64,000 bases of DNA from contig OZ316893.1 of assembly GCA_973895155.1 (NCBI GenBank), positions 15,282,645 to 15,346,644 on the forward strand, in the 5' to 3' direction. Below, in pieces: positions 36,887 to 49,871 of the stretch. Positions within the stretch are counted from its first letter, which is position 1, and the number at the start of each line of letters is the position of its first letter. The notes beneath the pieces are model-generated. The model made no database searches. It worked only from the letters and a program-made list of their open reading frames with translations, and was not told the origin of the DNA. Source of the stretch: Marsupella aquatica (taxonomy: Eukaryota; Plantae; Marchantiophyta). Position numbers and translations under genes: made by a program.

Positions 36887-39800
36887 CAACCCTCTCTAGA
36901 CTTTTCTCCAATCTGGACCATTGATGGACCTTTCGATCTCACATCTGGACCGTTCATAGACCTCAGGGGTCGATCAAGTAACAATTTTCATTTTGGGGGT
37001 TGATTAAGCAAATACCTCTCAATAGTTATCTACAATTATAATAAGAGATCCTGTGTTTTTCGTCCTTCATCCCAATACAAAACAGCTCCTGGGTGGGAAA
37101 TATCCACAGCCGTTGGATTCATTTGACTGTTTTCCTTGATCACTGATGGAGTAAATGTGCACCCCTGGCACATATGTGCTTCTCACGCTGCCCCATATAT
37201 ACCCCTGCCCGACTCCCTACGGGCCAGCCCTCCTTGTGAAGTGCAAAACACTGGCATATGTAATGTGCCCTCGGTTGTATGGAAAATCACACCTATTAAT
37301 CCACCCAACAGGACCAAAACAGATGGTGGTTTTTCTCATAGCTCTGCCAAGAGCAAGCCAAGGTCATTTTACTAGCTTTAGTACCTTTCAAATAACTTTC
37401 TGATCCTGGTACATTTCTTTAGAGTGGGGAATTTCCTAGCAACATTTTATCCCATGACACTATACATCTTCTTCAAGCATAAAGGCCCCCTTAGATTCAG
37501 CTCAATGGTTGCTTACTGCGAAAGTCATTTATTATAACCCCTTGTGTCCCACTCTTAGATACTCCCCCCTTGCCGGTTTCCATGATATGAGAGTGACCTC
37601 CAATTTTTAGTATTTTGTATGTAAAGAGCTTTGGTGAACCCCACTTTGGGGTGGGGGTTTGTGCAAAAGCTGGCCTACTTTGAACTTGAACTTAGCATCT
37701 CAGTTGCCACAATGACTACTGCTACTTGAGCTGCTAGTGTTGGGCTGTGCTTGCTAGGATGACTAATGTCAAGCACACTTTGAACTTACGTGGTTTTGTG
37801 CAGCATAGGTAGCATTCTGAAATGTACAGATATCCACCGCCATGTCTTCACCTTCTCTGCATGATGAGCATAGCTCCATAAAGGGGCAACATTGAATGGC
37901 GGGACCTGATGAGGACCAATAAATGAGTTTCCCAAGAATTCTGGTCCAGAATTTCCTGAGTGATCCCAGATTTCCTCAATATTGTGGAGCACGCAAACAT
38001 TTTGAAGCTCAAGATTCTATCTACCCATGTTGGAGGGGTTGGGGCCCTTGGGGGCCTGGGCGCATGGAACACTGGCTTGATCCAAGTAGCAACTCTTGGA
38101 CCCATCCCATCTCACCCTTAAGTTCGGAGTTGGCCTTTCTGTATAAATTGATTGTCCTACTTTGTGGTGGGGGGGTGTTACTTTTTGCCATTGGGCCACA
38201 TTGAAATGCCTTCGCTTTGGGGATTGGATGGGACAATACCTGCTATCATGGAGAGATTTAACTTGTCTTTTGGCCTCGCTACTCTTCAATAATGCAACCT
38301 CCTTTTCTAGGAGACTATCCAAATCCTGTAGCCCAAACTATGCAATCAATGAACCCAACGAATTCCACCGATACAAAATGTATTTTGACCCGAATATAAT
38401 GCTATGTTGACCCGAATCCACATTTTTGACAAGCACAATCAAAATGGCACTTTGAAAGCACAAATCCAGTAACCAAAAAACCCAATAAGGTCAAAAATGA
38501 AGTGTTAGAGTAACCAATAATTGGGGTTGCCTTTTCTGTTGAACCTTACTGGATTTGGTCAACATAGCATTATAGTACACCAACCCAATAACCAGCGGAA
38601 ATGCTCAAAACCGCGATCACATAGGGCCTTCTCCGCCCCGTACAGACAGAGAGATTGGAATGGAGAAGAGTGAAGCTCCTTTGAAAAGAAGGGGCCTTGC
38701 TGAGAGCTCTTTTCACTCATGGCCCCATCAAGTCTTTTCTTGCATTTTTCCTCCACTGGTGCTTATTTGACGTACACATGCTCAATAATGACAATTTGAT
38801 GACAAGAACAAGGCTTTAGTTGCTATACATTTAGAAGGAGTTGCTGGGTAATCATGGGCCCACCTCCACCTTGAAACACCATTGGCAATAGACGACAAGG
38901 TGGAAGTATGCAAAATTTCCACCTTTTCTAAATTCCACATATCCTTTTTGCCAGTCTCTCCACAGTTTTTAGAACAAATATCCTATAGACAATGTGACCT
39001 GGGGGATTGAGATCGACAGTCACGAGGGACCACTGCTTTAAGCTTCAGTTCCCTTGGCACCTGCCTAGGAAATTCTTGATGAAGTGATTGTGTGAGATTT
39101 CTTGGTGATGATTGGTTGCAATGGAGGAGTAATCAGTGGGCTAAAGCTGGTAGACTTGTCCACAATAATACTTCCCTGTCCACCCAAAGCTCAAACAAAA
39201 TTGTAGGGTGTGATGCATTTTCTTGTCAACTTTTTATGCAGCATAAACAAAGTGATTGGACACGGCTAGAGTGGCCAACTTCTACATTAGCGGTACATCA
39301 CTAAAGTGGGTTGTATATACAATTGATATCCTGATTGTTAGTATATAGAAATGTACATCATATTGACAAGCATTTTGTATAACTGATATGTATATATCTT
39401 TAATGTTAATGATATTGAGTATCCAAAATTTTAGGTGAACATTATTGATTGGGTGTCGAAACACATCAAACAGATGTAGGAATTTGCACTAGTCCATACA
39501 TTAATTAACATCAAAATGACCCAAAATCATTTTTATGATGTACACTTTTGATTGAAGACCTAATATCCAGCAATCCAATAAAGGAAGAACTAAGATGGTT
39601 GCAAACTCACAAGGCATTAGAAGTATGCTTACAAGTGAAGAAGATAACGATACACTTTCTAACTTCAATTGAAAAAAATTACCGGGAAATTGATGGGCAC
39701 ACACCCCAGACTTTCAGACCCTAGTTTTTCTAGATTACTGCATTGCGGTTTAGAGTTATGTACATATCTTAAAGAGATTTATTATAGGTTCATTTTGAGA

Positions 39801-42800
39801 TCCATTGCCCAACACAGTGCCCATTACAGCCTGGGAATGGGCCTTGGAATTATACTGGGTTCTGATTTTGTATATTCAGTGGACTGGTCCATCTTCCAAG
39901 CTTTGTGGATCCTTAGGGTGTATTTACAAGACCTCTCTCGCCCATAGCTTGTTTTTATTCTTTCTGAGACTAAATCTGGACCATATAATGAGTGGAAAGT
40001 ACTTGTTAGCTTTACAAGAACTCAGGGGCCCATTCAGGTATGGTGTCTATGATCCTCAATGGCAAGCTGCGGGGCAAGATGCTGGTGTACATGGAGTGTT
40101 AATTTTGTCTAGATTTTAGACTACCTACAAAGAGAAAAGGACCATTTTACTCAAAAGGGTGTAACAAAGTACACATGAGTAAAAGTAAAGGAGGTCCGTG
40201 GAGGACAAACACCAAACTGAAAATGAGAGGGCAAATGCAAACCACAAAGACCTAAAAAGAAGGAAAAAATATCTACCATTACAATAGGGTGATGATGTAA
40301 TGGTACACATGATCTAGTGTGAGAACTAAGTCTGAGACATGGATGTCCTCTAAGGGAGCAAACCTCGGTTGAGGTGCAACCCACTGTTAGAGATGTACGA
40401 TGGATTTCTTGGTCTTGAACACACTGTGATGTTAGCAAAATCCTCTGACAGAAGTGCATTGTCAAAATGGATTCTGGTGGTCCTGTGGAACCAGCCCTTG
40501 CATGGATGTCTCAAATTGCCTGTCCAAGGCCCCTTCAAAATGATGTTGGGGTCTCCCAGATATCTTGAAGCAAAGGGGAGGAAGCAAGGGAGACCTCCAT
40601 CTAATCATGCTTGTTCCATTGCTGTCTGTGTTGCTGCTACCCCACTAATGCAGCTATCCCAATGTTGTCCTAGCACAAGGGATTGGCTACCACAACATCT
40701 GCCATGGTAAGCCGTGGTATCATGGTAAGGTTAACGTGTAATCTGGACGGCGGAGGACCACAAAAACCAAGAACCACTTACCGGCTCACATGTTCCAAAA
40801 TGTTTCACAAAAGACCTAAGCAATAGTGTCCCTCACATATCATCAACAACTGTGGTACATTTGCCTGTATAATACCAAAGAAGATGGACCCTAGTGTCCT
40901 CACAAGGCTTCACACATGCAAGAAGAAGGTAAAGCGGAAACTGAATACAAAGATGCATAGTTGTCGAGAACTCCAGTGGTGGTCCAAACATTTCCTAACT
41001 ACGGCTCTTTCATTCAATAGATTTGCACTTATTGAACTTCATCTCAAAAGATGTTTGGTCTAGAGTTTATCTTTAGACCAAGAAGTGGCCCTCCAGTCTG
41101 CTTTGGTGGAAAAAAGTCACTAGTGGTCTTGGCGTCTCATACAATTGACTATCAGTATTGCATAATTACCCTAAATGCTATGAGTATGGCAATTTCCCAA
41201 ATAGGTGGCTGGGGCCATTGTACAAGGAAAGCATATGATGGGCATCCATACACTTTTTGAAGCACTTATTCACTCCTGGGAGCCCTTGCCCCACAAGCTT
41301 TCCAGGTATCTCTCTTTCACCCACCACACAAGCAACAAAGACCATTCAAACATATGGCCACAAAAACTCTCTATCCCAAGGCCAAACCATTCCAAAGGTG
41401 GGAAGAATCAAAGTCACACCTTTTTTTAAACAGTGTAAATATTGAATCTTTGTAAAGCGCCATGCATGTGACACTCTCATCCCGTAGCTTTAGCCGGAAT
41501 TTATTCTGGCATGCTTCTCTGGCACTTTTTTTCTAATTTGATCCATTCAATGGCCCTTTTGAGTTTCTTTCTTTGCCAAAAAAATGGTACTTCCATTATG
41601 ATACAAACCCAACATTCTGTCCAAGTCGGGGTCCAAGTGGAACTATTTGGATGATGCAACAAGAAGAAGCTTCTGAAAAGATAGAGTAGTACTTGGACAA
41701 GGGCCAGATCCTGTAGGCCCAGACAAATGCTACATAGATCACACAAACATGTTGGAAATGACTTGGCTTTTTGGTTCTGGAAATTCCCCAAGTGCACTTT
41801 TCAACTTCTTCAGCTTGCAATAAAAAGATATCATTTGTTTGACGATTGGAGGCACGCAAGATGATGCGTAGGACAAAAAATTGTTGTCTTAAAATTTCAA
41901 AGAGAGAATCTCTCTCTCTTTTTAGGGAAAGAGGAAACATATTATGCTCAAGCAGGCAAATTGATGTACAACGAAAAGAATTACCATCACAAAACACCTT
42001 TCTGAACATTGGAGACTATGAGTTTTCTAATCATATTGTGAATTCCCAAACATTCACACCTAAATTTGAGTGAATCCCAGAACCAACCACCTCCCTACAT
42101 ATATTCCTCATCAAGGGGTTTTTACGTAATTGAATTTTAACAATCCCCCCAAAAGCTATGGCCACCAATTCAGCTCAACACTCTTCACTTGAACACAGGC
42201 CTAAATCCCTCCTTTGGTAACTTTTTGTAAACCAATGTAAGGTTACAACAAACTTGGATAGCGCATTGGTTCTGAAACACTAGCAATTACTTACAAACTT
42301 GTAAGGGAAGAGCCATGGATAAGCCGGGGTCACAATATGACGTAAATCCTGTCAGGAGAAGAGGTTACCGGTGTGTAACCATTTCTGCAGGGGCCTGCTA
42401 TAGTCATAATCTGCTCTCCTGAAAAGTTGAACCGGTAACCTCCTTCCGGGCAGGAGTTACGTACACTAATGCAGGACAGGGCTGGGGTTATAGTCTGCAA
42501 CCTGCTCCCGGAATATTCAAAGAAGCTTTCCGGCTGCCGCCGGTCAGCTTCTTTTCATATTCCGGATGCAAGGTTACAACCTAGTAACCCTGCGCCCAGA
42601 CCTGCATTGCCCTATACATGGAAGCGGACATGGATGTGTGACACAATACTACACAACTTTCAAAGATAACGAATGGAGGTCCCTTTCTACTTGACAGGAC
42701 TAAAATCCCTAAAATTTCCCCCAAAACTACTTGAATGAGTAATCTGCCCCGTTGTGCATGGGAGTAGCTAGACTATCTAGGCCAGCCTACTCCCATGCTT

Positions 42801-45800
42801 CTTCCAGCGTACAACTTGCACCCAGATTAAGTAACTCACCTTTGAACCCAATTGGAACTCACTGACCAGCTTTATTTTAATGCAATTGTGACAAAATGTG
42901 CAAACACTGAGGTGCAGTTCTAGAGTGAAAGTGGGGGGAGAGAGTTGGTAGTAGTGATCCCTAAATGGTTTACTTTGTTTCTCAGCGTGACATTTTTACT
43001 GAATACTCAACCTTTTTGGGAGGACCCAATCTTGGCAATGGGAGTTGGGGTGACCGGGGGTATGCAGTAGGGTTTTGGGGGGAACCAATGAAGCTCTGTC
43101 AGGTGGCCACAGACCAACTGAATATCAACTCGAGTGAGCCCACTTGACTTAAGTTAAGAAATCCATGAGATGGAGGAAAGGGTGAGAATTACAACTACAT
43201 TAGGGGTACAATAGTAAAACCTTGACAAAATAATCTATCCAGTGTATTCTATGTACCATCATGGCTAGAACCTAGGTCCCTCCTAGCCAGGTCTATGTAG
43301 CATTTTCACCTGTTTTAAGAACTGAGGGTTTTTAATGTCTTGAGCAGGGGGCAAGCTGCATGGCCTTCCGATGCTTGGTTGGAAACGGTTTCCCTCCCTT
43401 TTGTTAAAAAGAACCACAACAGGGTATTGCGTTAATTCACCTTTGAGCTCCAGCAAAGAAAAAAAGGTGTCGAGGTTGGGAGGCAGGTGGGCACTTCGAT
43501 AAGAGCATCTGCACCGGCAGATGCAATATGTCCCGCTCACTGGAAAGGACAGTATCATATATTGCCAGTCGGGGCAAAAACGCATTCCCACCTGGTCATG
43601 GGTTTGCAAAAACTTTTGCAGGTGCACCAGAAAACAATTTTACTCACGGTTTGGGGTCGGAAACCTTACTGCTCTTCTTCCAGCCCAACATGACAGATCT
43701 GTAGCAGCTCTTGTACCAGATCGATGACAGGATCTTGACACCAGACTTGTTTCCCTTCCTGGCCTTCTAGATGCTTGTTGTACCACTGTTTGTGGCTTGA
43801 TGTTGAAAAATGCAGGCAATGTATGCATCCTTTCTTTTGTTGGGTAGCCCTAACTGATTACGGCTTGGAATTGGGCACTTATTTTGGAGCCCTGAAAATT
43901 GATGCCAAAGCTCTAAGGGCAAAACTGGGCACCAACATCTAAGCATTATAATATCCAATCCGGCCTTTTTTCCCTTTACAAAAAGCAGTTTTAAAGTGAA
44001 CTCATTTTGACTGTTGGATTTAAATCATAACAATTTCTAGCCATGAGATCTGGTGAAAGGAAGAATAAAGGGAAAATCCTAGCTTAGGACATAGATGCAC
44101 CTGCACCACACGTAGACTCCACATCCATAAAAAGACTCTAATGGCAAGCTCCTTTGAAATTGAGTGTTGAGTTGACATGTGATCATGGGCAGGTGGGTTT
44201 GAAGAGAAAATCTAACTAAGCCCCACATTACAGTGAAACACATTTGGACATATGCTTGGGCCCCATGCACATAAAGGAATATGATAGAAAGAGAAGTACA
44301 CATTAGAGTTTTGAGTTGAAATAATAGATTATTTATTGAATTGAAAAGAATTTAAAGACTGTTGAGAGGAATACATTTTTAAATTTCTATTCTGTCTGTC
44401 ATACTCAAAATCCTAAATTTATTTTGCAACAATGTCATAATGCAGTGGCAGCAATGATAAATCGATAACAACCATGAAATGGTTACAGCAATGTCATGGC
44501 TGTCGGACAAGTTTGCAATGGGCGGGCAGTGAGCTCGTTTGGAATATTACTCACATCAAGCAATACAACCAAAAAACAAAGTGGCCTACCTTGTATGTAA
44601 GCCTGTAAGGAAGAAAAGTATCAATTTACAAAAAGTGCCAAACCCGGTACAAAGTAGGGAATCGACAATATCGCCCTTCCCGGCTACCGATGTTGTTAGG
44701 CACCATCTTTATTATTGAATTGTCAAGGCAAAAGATGATAATTGCTCAATCATCTCATGTTAGATGTAGAAGTTGGGCCCATTTTCCAATAGTAGACTAA
44801 TGTGGACAATTCTCAACAACTGGAAAGAGAGGTGGGACTTTGGTATTGGTGGTAGAAGATTCGGGCGGTCCTGATTGGGGCTGACATAATTCCTGGGGGT
44901 GGGGGCCAAGAGGTAGTAGACGGTATAGTGGGATGTGGTTTTTACTTGCCGTACTGTCAGCCGCATCATAATAAATTCTTAACATATTTTGTCCGAAATC
45001 AGATCACTATGATTTTGTTCAACTAGGGGAGAAGATTAGAGCATGCACCATGGTCCATGGGACCCAATAGGGGCCCACAAGCTTTACCTCTGGTGAATTT
45101 TTGGTTTGGAATATAAATTTTACTGACCAATAGAAGACAATAAACTAAGGAAATGGAAAGACGAAGACATGTTAATTTTGGGGAGGGGAAGGGAAACAAG
45201 GGGCAGATGTGTCCCACGTGTATACTTGGTTACCACTCTAGATGTGTATCATTGCATTGTCACATTATAACAGGGTTAGCAATTAGCACACTATAATAGT
45301 GATCTATTCTTAGACCTTATTTATAATTTATATTAAAAACAATATTTTAGTAAGTTTTTTTTGGGGGCAGCCGTTTACACTTTTCTTTCAGAGTTTGGTG
45401 TTTGTACTCTGTGGACCTCGTTCCTTCCATTGTATTTTGTTTGGCCATTTTTTAGTGAACTCAACTTAGTGTAAGTTGTTTATGGTTTCATGAGTCAATA
45501 TGTGTCAGTGCAATAATTTAAGATTATTCAATTTCCATGATTTACAGTGATTCTAAAAGAATGGGCGGGGGCAGTAAGAGTGTTCCCAGACCAATCCATT
45601 AGGGCATCTCAAAGCTGGGAAGCTGGGTTGCTACTTACAGTTATGAATTTGTGGTCCATCCTGTAACTCTGGTTATGAAAATTAGTTAAGGAATTTAAGA
45701 AATGTGTTGAGGTAGCATTGACATGCCCATAAGAAAGGAGTTGCGGCCTCACCTCTGTCTCATAGCATATCTGATTTTCCCTTCTTGATCAGCTGCCACC

Positions 45801-48800
45801 TAAAATGCAGCAGCCATCTTATCAAACATACACTTTTAAGCCAGTCGTGCTGATTTCTGGAGTTCTGGAGTCCTGCGTTTCTGGATATTTGGATTTCTGC
45901 CTAAATTTGCGGGACATTTCTAGGTTAAATCTTGAGCCTGTGGGTTTTCCTTACCATAGCCAAGGACCGACTCCCGCAACTTTTATGGGAGTTTAAATAA
46001 CACCTGAGTAACGGGAGGACCTTATCTTGTTAAGGCCGTGCTTTGAGATGCCCTATTGGACAACTTTACTTCTAAAATCTAAAGCAGCTTCCAGACGTAT
46101 GAAGAAGGGAGGCCACTCTTGAGAGGATAAAAGTTTAGACCACAAGGTGATGTAAATTTTGGCCACTAAAACATCATACATGTCACATTTTGCCTTTATT
46201 CATCAGGACCCACCAATTGTCATATGATTTGGGAGTGCTGGGATGGTATGTCAAATGAATCTTAAGAAGCAAGACTTGTCGTCAATTCAGCCTTCATTTC
46301 AACCCAGTTTTCAAGTCAATTCAACCTTCATTTCAACCCTTCTTTTAGAGTAGTGCAGACAAAGAGAATAAAACACATTTGTATAAGCGTGAAACCTCAC
46401 CCTGGACTGATTCCTGTAAACTCTGTGTAGTGCTGTTTGTGTAATAATATAAGACTGAAAGGTCTAAAGTAAGTAATATAACTTGACGTTCACTTTACAA
46501 GTTGGGACTCTACAGTTTCTGTCAATGCTAAAGGCTTTCGTTGTCCTAACTTCGCTACAGGTTGTAGCTATGGCTTGGAGGATCCTGGCACTCACACGGC
46601 ATGAGTGTTTTGCTGGTGAAGCATTAAATGCCCCCAAAGTTGACAACGGTATAAGTGCAAAAAGGTTGACATTCTTACACCAATATCGATGTCAACCTAA
46701 CTAAAATTTATGTTTGTTGGTTTTGTTTTTGGAGGGGGATTCCCGGGAGACTGTCCCTCGAAGTGCAGTTATTGCACTCAGATTGTGCTGCCCGCACAGT
46801 GTGAATGTTTTTAGTGCCAAGAGCTTGCGTGAACCCCCAAACCGTGTTTAAAAGGAATTGTGAGTGGACTGCACTTTTGGATGGGGTTCGTGTAGAAAAA
46901 GATTTCCATAGTCATAGAACTCTAACCTGACACCTGCATCCCCTACCTTTGCTAGTCAACCACTAGACCAAGTTTTATTGGGGGAAAAGGCGTCTCCATG
47001 GACAAGTGAAAACCCCAAATTTTAATAAAAATAAGATCAACGGCTAAAACAAGAGATCACGTTGGCCATGCCAGTAAACGACACACCATGGCAAGAATTC
47101 CAGGAAACATCATCCCATTGATGACTAGAACAAACCTCGGGAGAAACAATCTAGAAGTGGGTCTAGAAGCCTAGAAAGAGAAGGCGTACAGTACAGTGTC
47201 CCATACCCTTCTTCACAATGGGAACAAGAGACCACATCTTATATTACATCCAAACCCACAATTTTGGCTATAATTGTGGATGACCATCAGACTTATTGGT
47301 AGTGGTGAATATTTGGCAAATTTAAGAAAATCACCAGTTTTTTTTAAAAAAAAATTCACAAGGTTTTCTGTCAAGTAGATGGTTGAAAGATGCCAAGGAA
47401 AGAGTTTGCACTCCCAACACTGGACACGATTTAGGAGTAGGAGTACATCTCCAATCTAGCAGCCCATGGGAACCAAAAACATAAGTATTAGACCTATCTG
47501 TAAAGCTCGTGAAGCTTTTTGTGCTCTTCAGAAAAAAATTCAAACTACAAATTATGCACAAACTGCTTCAATTCCACATGACTTGTGCCTGTTTTCTTAT
47601 TTATGTTGCATGAAAGGAAACAATCCAGCATGAAAAGTTTTTCTGAACTGAAAGCTTTAAGAGAGACCTTTTTGATCTCTTTTTCAACTTTTTCCAAAAA
47701 CAATCACAGATAATTATGCACCCTCGAGAATTTACGGATAGGTCTATTGTCACACAATGTGTATGCAATGTTTAAGGGGGGTACAGTACGTGCCATGCCC
47801 ATGTCTTGACTCAAGAGTGAAGACAATGTTGAAAAAAACACAAGAGGGGAAGAGTCACGAAAGCGTTGAGTTCGTCCTCGCCTAGGTGGACCTCCAGCTT
47901 CCTCTTAAACTTGCTGACAATCTTGAGTAGTAATAATAACAAAAGTCAATGTCAAAAAAATACAAAACAATATCTAAAACTCGTCCAGTACAATGCAAAC
48001 CACAAAGGCACACTGCTACACTGCTGTCCGCAGTCCCTCACCGTAAATGCTAACGGCGCACGACATTGTCAATGGTCGCCAGTACTACGCCGAAGTGCCG
48101 AACCCATGCCCTTACAGTAATCAATCGTCTGTCCAGTCAACCTCCGACCTCATCCAGGTCAATGGCGCCACCGGCCCCGCGGATCATATTTAGTACGACG
48201 TATAGTACACTAGTAAGTACCACAATATTGTATAGTAAATGGTACAGTACTGTGGTTTCGTACCGACCCACTCGTGACGACGGACTGACGGTGAAGTCGT
48301 GCTCCAATCTAATGATCCCTTCATCCGTTGGGCAGATCTCGACCTTCCATTGTTCGGCAGTTAATTAATCTTAGTGCTAATTCTGTCAGGGTAGTGACCA
48401 CAATTATTTGGTCACGACAAGCCCCACTAATATTTAGAGTTCATATTGTTCTGACAATGCATTTTGGAGCCATTTTTGGGCCCCCATGCTGCTGAGCTTA
48501 AAGTGGAACCAACAAAGGACACAATCAAGTAAAAAAGATCACCAGATCACCAAAAGCTGACCCCAACCCACCCAAATTGACAGTATTCCTGATCGAAAAG
48601 CAACCAGGTATGCCACTCTCCACCTTCGTGCCCCCACTTGCAACCATTTTAGTGCCAAACTGTTGGCCAGCCACCATATCTGCTGGTGGGAGTAATGGAA
48701 GATTTCAGAATCCATCCTTTCTCCTCCCTGCTCTTGCTTTCCAAAACAAGACCCTTGGTATGGGTTGGGGAGATCGCCACCCCTTGGTGCATGCTCCAAA

Positions 48801-49740
48801 GATGATTGTCTATTGATGGTGGATAGCTTTTTGGCTTGCCAAAACGAGCCTCCCCCCCCCCTCCTTCTCTCTAGGATTGCTTGACTCTTCATTGCTTGAT
48901 AAAGGTTTATGTACGTAAGACAGAAAGTAAATTTTCTGTGAGACTGCCACCCATCTTGAGAAACTTTAAGGGAATTTCCAGTGTGAGTTGGAAATTTACT
49001 AATTTTGCAAAAAACATTTAGTGGTCCCCATAGTTTTTATTCACCTGGACACTAGAAACTAATGTAGACAACTACCTAAGCTATATCATTACAACTAGGT
49101 TTTACTAACCTGCCTCCCATATTACTGGAATTCAGTAAGTTGTCCCTCATTTTTTTTAATTTACTAACCTGACAGCATGGTGTGTAGGGGTTAGTATTGA
49201 CTCAGTATTGGATGTGGATTAAGGTGTTGATCTCACCCTTCGCTGTGCTCTGCTGCAGGGCAAAAAAACTTCAAAAATTCTGTTTGATGAAGAAGTAACA
49301 ACAAATATTGTTTTGTGAAAGGAAACTTATTTGTGTGAATTAGTTTGAGGACCCCCTGCAGATAAACTTGAATACTTTCAACAGATTGGATCAATGAAAG
49401 AACACTCTTTCCCATCCTTTCATTCATAGTGGAAATGAGAGTTACAAGTATGTATTTGCTGTGGTTTAAGGGTTTCCCAACCTGCAAGACATTTGCCTAC
49501 TCCATCTGTTAGTAGGAGGAATTGCCAAATAATGTACGCAGGATTTGTTTGTAATTTACAAGAGGGATATTTAATATTCTTACTAAATTCACCCAAAACT
49601 GGCTTGGGTGAGAGGGCAAATTGCCAGATCTAAGAATATAAGGGTAGCCATTAGCTTTGTCATGTTATCTCAAGTCATCAAGCCATTTGCTTTGTCATCT
49701 CAAGCCATCTAAAACGTACCATCTACAACTGTGGTTACCA

Positions 49741-49871
49741 CTTGGAAACCCAACAGTTTGGTTTTACTTTATCAAATATTTATTACAAAACTTTGGAAAC
49801 CCAATAGTTTATTTTTACTTCACCAAATACTTAATACAAAACCTTGGAAGCCCAACGGTTTGTTTCTACTT
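49741..49871. repeat. Tandem repeat, 51 bp x about 2.6
   Basis: TTGGAA(A/G)CCCAA..GTTT...TACTT units at 49742, 49793 and 49844. Confidence 0.85.

Larger units (their letters stand above)
31127..37016. mobile_element. Small TIR element (MITE-like, about 170 bp) interrupted by the copia insertion
   Basis: The left flank GGATATGCTTAGTAGACCCCCTTCTGGAAAAAGTTTGCTTGATCAACC (31127-31174) matches the reverse complement of 36965-37016 (GGTATTTGCTTAATCAACCCCCAAAATGAAAATTGTTACTTGATCGACCCCT), giving imperfect TIRs of about 50 bp. Confidence 0.65.

Noticed and set aside
37400-44300. Possible endogenous virus or transposase around the hairpin cluster
   Set aside because: No RdRp, Rep, capsid, RT or transposase motif could be recognised in the frames I read; a TBLASTX or HMM search is needed.
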